Source: Ascidiella aspersa (Eukaryota). Taken from it: a stretch of DNA of 64,000 nt. The notes beneath the pieces are model-generated. The model did not search any database. It saw only the letters and a program-made list of their open reading frames with translations, and had not been told where the DNA came from. This document shows positions 61,693 to 64,000 of this stretch, piece by piece; the first letter of the stretch is position 1; every line of letters begins with the position of its first letter. Location: assembly GCA_963924565.1 (NCBI GenBank), contig OZ004607.1:30318001-30382000 (forward strand), read 5' to 3'. The position numbers and the translations under genes were made by a program.

Positions 61693-64000
61693 ATATCAAA
61701 AATTGTCTGGTTTAATATTAAAATGTACGTGTAAGTAACAAAATCCTGGTATTTCTAATCAAACACTATCAACCATTTACTCAGGGAAGAAACTCATCGC
61801 CAATTCAACCCACCCCCACCACCAACAGAATTTATAACAATCAAGCAGCAAGATTTTGACAAACCCGACTTTCAATCAACCATACCTCCACCAACAAAGG
61901 TAATTTTACCACAGAAGGTAGGGCTATTAAGTCCTCTTTTCGCAAGAAAAAATATTGGTTCTCCAAGGCGTTGAACTGGCCTCCTTTTAGCATTTTCTTT
62001 TGTTATTTTAGCAGAATTGTATTTTTATGCGACTTTTGGCATGAGGCAGAAGTTTAGTTAAATTACAATCTTTTAACAGAATGTGTTCTATCACATTTCT
62101 ATTAATGTTTTCTATAAAAATGGGTGAACATTAAAAATTTATGGTCTTTGAATCTGGTAATTAAACTTACCTTGTTTTGTGTCTTTTTGGCTATTAATTT
62201 TCTTTAATGTGCATATAATTATCCAAAGAGAAATGTGAAAAAATAAACTCCATTTGCATTGTACATTTTGGACTTTCTTTGTCCTCTATTTAAGCAATTA
62301 AAGTAGGCATAATTAAAGTGCTGCTACCAGGATTCATGGTAGTTGAAGTTATTTTTTATATGATCATTGTTATACATTTCTTGCAGGACCACAATGTTAA
62401 TACTGAACAGTGCATAACGTTTTGGTCAACCCACAAAGACAAAATCCATGTAAGTAGAGCAATGCTGTTTAACCTTGCTTGCATCTGGATCTTTATGAAT
62501 CTAAAATATTATAAATGGATAAACCAAAACAGTGCCATTTAGACTAATAAAAAAACATATATTGTTGTGAGTTGATCAACAAAACCTACAAATTTACTTA
62601 TTAAACTAGACAATGTTTAAATGCTTTAGAATGACAACCTAGCTCTGCTATGTATTTTTTCTCAATACGGAAGCTTTCTTAAAATTTTAATTAAATAAAT
62701 CATTTTGTAAGTTTTGAATTAACATTTAAAAACATTGACCACTTATGGAACAAATTTCAGGGAGTGTCTCAGGTCAAAACAAGGGACACACCCTTCAAGA
62801 AAAATACTGCCTTTAGTAAACCGATTTCGGAATACATGGATCAACCTAAACCATATGAAGACGAAGCTTACCCAAACATGTGAACATTGTGTTAAAATCT
62901 TTAATAAACACCAAAATTATTTACCAAAAAATCATTACTTTGAATTGTGTCATTGGATTTTTTAATTTTAAACTTTTCTGCCTAACAATGTTTTTACCAA
63001 TAGAGGTGAAACGCGTTTGGTAATGTAGTTTTAGTTAAATGGTTTCAGAGGAAAAACTAAAAAGGATTTGATTTGTTTTTAATCATAAAAATACTTGCTC
63101 CTCTCGGGATAGCCCTACTTTTGTTTTTTATTGCTACTGTGTTTGTCTTTGTACTTTGTAGTTGAAATAAATATGATAAAATAGTTGTTCCTTTACTCTA
63201 CACAGTTTTGTTTTGCAGCCAAATTAGGTAATATTTTAAATATACCCACAAAGTAGGTGCTGTTTATTATCCAACGCATTGTCTTGAGTCAACTCAATCA
63301 ACAGAAATATTTCATGCAAGGCTATCAAGCTTTTATGTTTTAATTACCCAGTATAAACAGCCTATAACAGTTTAAAATACCTACTAGAAACACATCACTT
63401 GAAATAAAAACAAGTCATGATTACTAAGAGTAAGAAATTTATTAAAAATCCAAATTCTTGCTTAAAGTAGTTCCACCACAAGGTGATGATTTTGTCGCTC
63501 TCTTTTCCAGACTGCCCTCCTCAATTCCTTGTCTGCTTACAGTTTCAGAAATGTCAGGTGGAAGATCCAAGCGCTCGATAACAAATTTTGTCTTTTTTAG
63601 TTCGAAGGCAAGGTCTAGGTACTCTGGCACGAATGGCGCCAGTGAGTTGAGACAGGGTAGTTTGTGAATTTTGAAAAGACCTGTTCAATCAAAATGCGTT
63701 AAAAATTTGTTTAAGAAATAAAATTGAAATATATTTATTTATTTTTTTTTAATACACCTCTAAAAAAGTTCTAAAGATCTGATAAAGAACATTTAAATTA
63801 CACAATAACATTTGAATTACACATATAATGGCTTCACATCTTACAATTAAAAAAAACTTAACATACCGTGATACTGCTGATAAAGTGGATTCTTTTTCTC
63901 CCCTTCAAAGGATTTGAGTTCTAAAGCACAGTCAGAAAATTGCCTGAAACTTTTGATTTGTGCCATAGAAAATAGTTCAGTAGGAATAGTAACCAGGCAA

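Noticed and set aside
62994-63022. GAAACGCGTT resembling a hammerhead stem III
   Set aside because: No CUGANGA core or stem II upstream.

Overview
Intron-rich, MITE-rich animal genomic DNA; it looks invertebrate, possibly a tunicate, but the taxon is a guess. The left 24.6 kb holds the 5' part of an ASH1/ASH1L H3K36 methyltransferase gene on the minus strand. I traced 15 GT-AG coding exons by hand with consistent phases (7185 nt, 2395 codons). They encode a low-complexity N-terminus, a 4.64-kb giant exon with AT-hooks, the MRG15-binding FQLP motif, and AWS-SET-postSET. The Bromo/PHD/BAH part should lie beyond position 1. The 25-57 kb region has no convincing protein gene: CpG-rich islands with TF-like motifs alternate with 8-bp-TSD MITEs and local duplications, and there is a likely promoter/5'-UTR near 48.3-49.4 kb. 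Beyond ~57.8 kb the DNA is AT-rich and CpG-poor and carries transposon relics (foldback MITE, CR1 LINE, THAP relic, minimal hammerhead ribozyme). The best leads are an in-frame uORF separated from the ASH1L start by a single UGA, duplicated splice-signal units that create a candidate microexon and poison acceptors, an intronic pre-miRNA-like hairpin, a thrombin-aptamer-like G4 array, and the hammerhead. All are sequence-level hypotheses; no tools were run.
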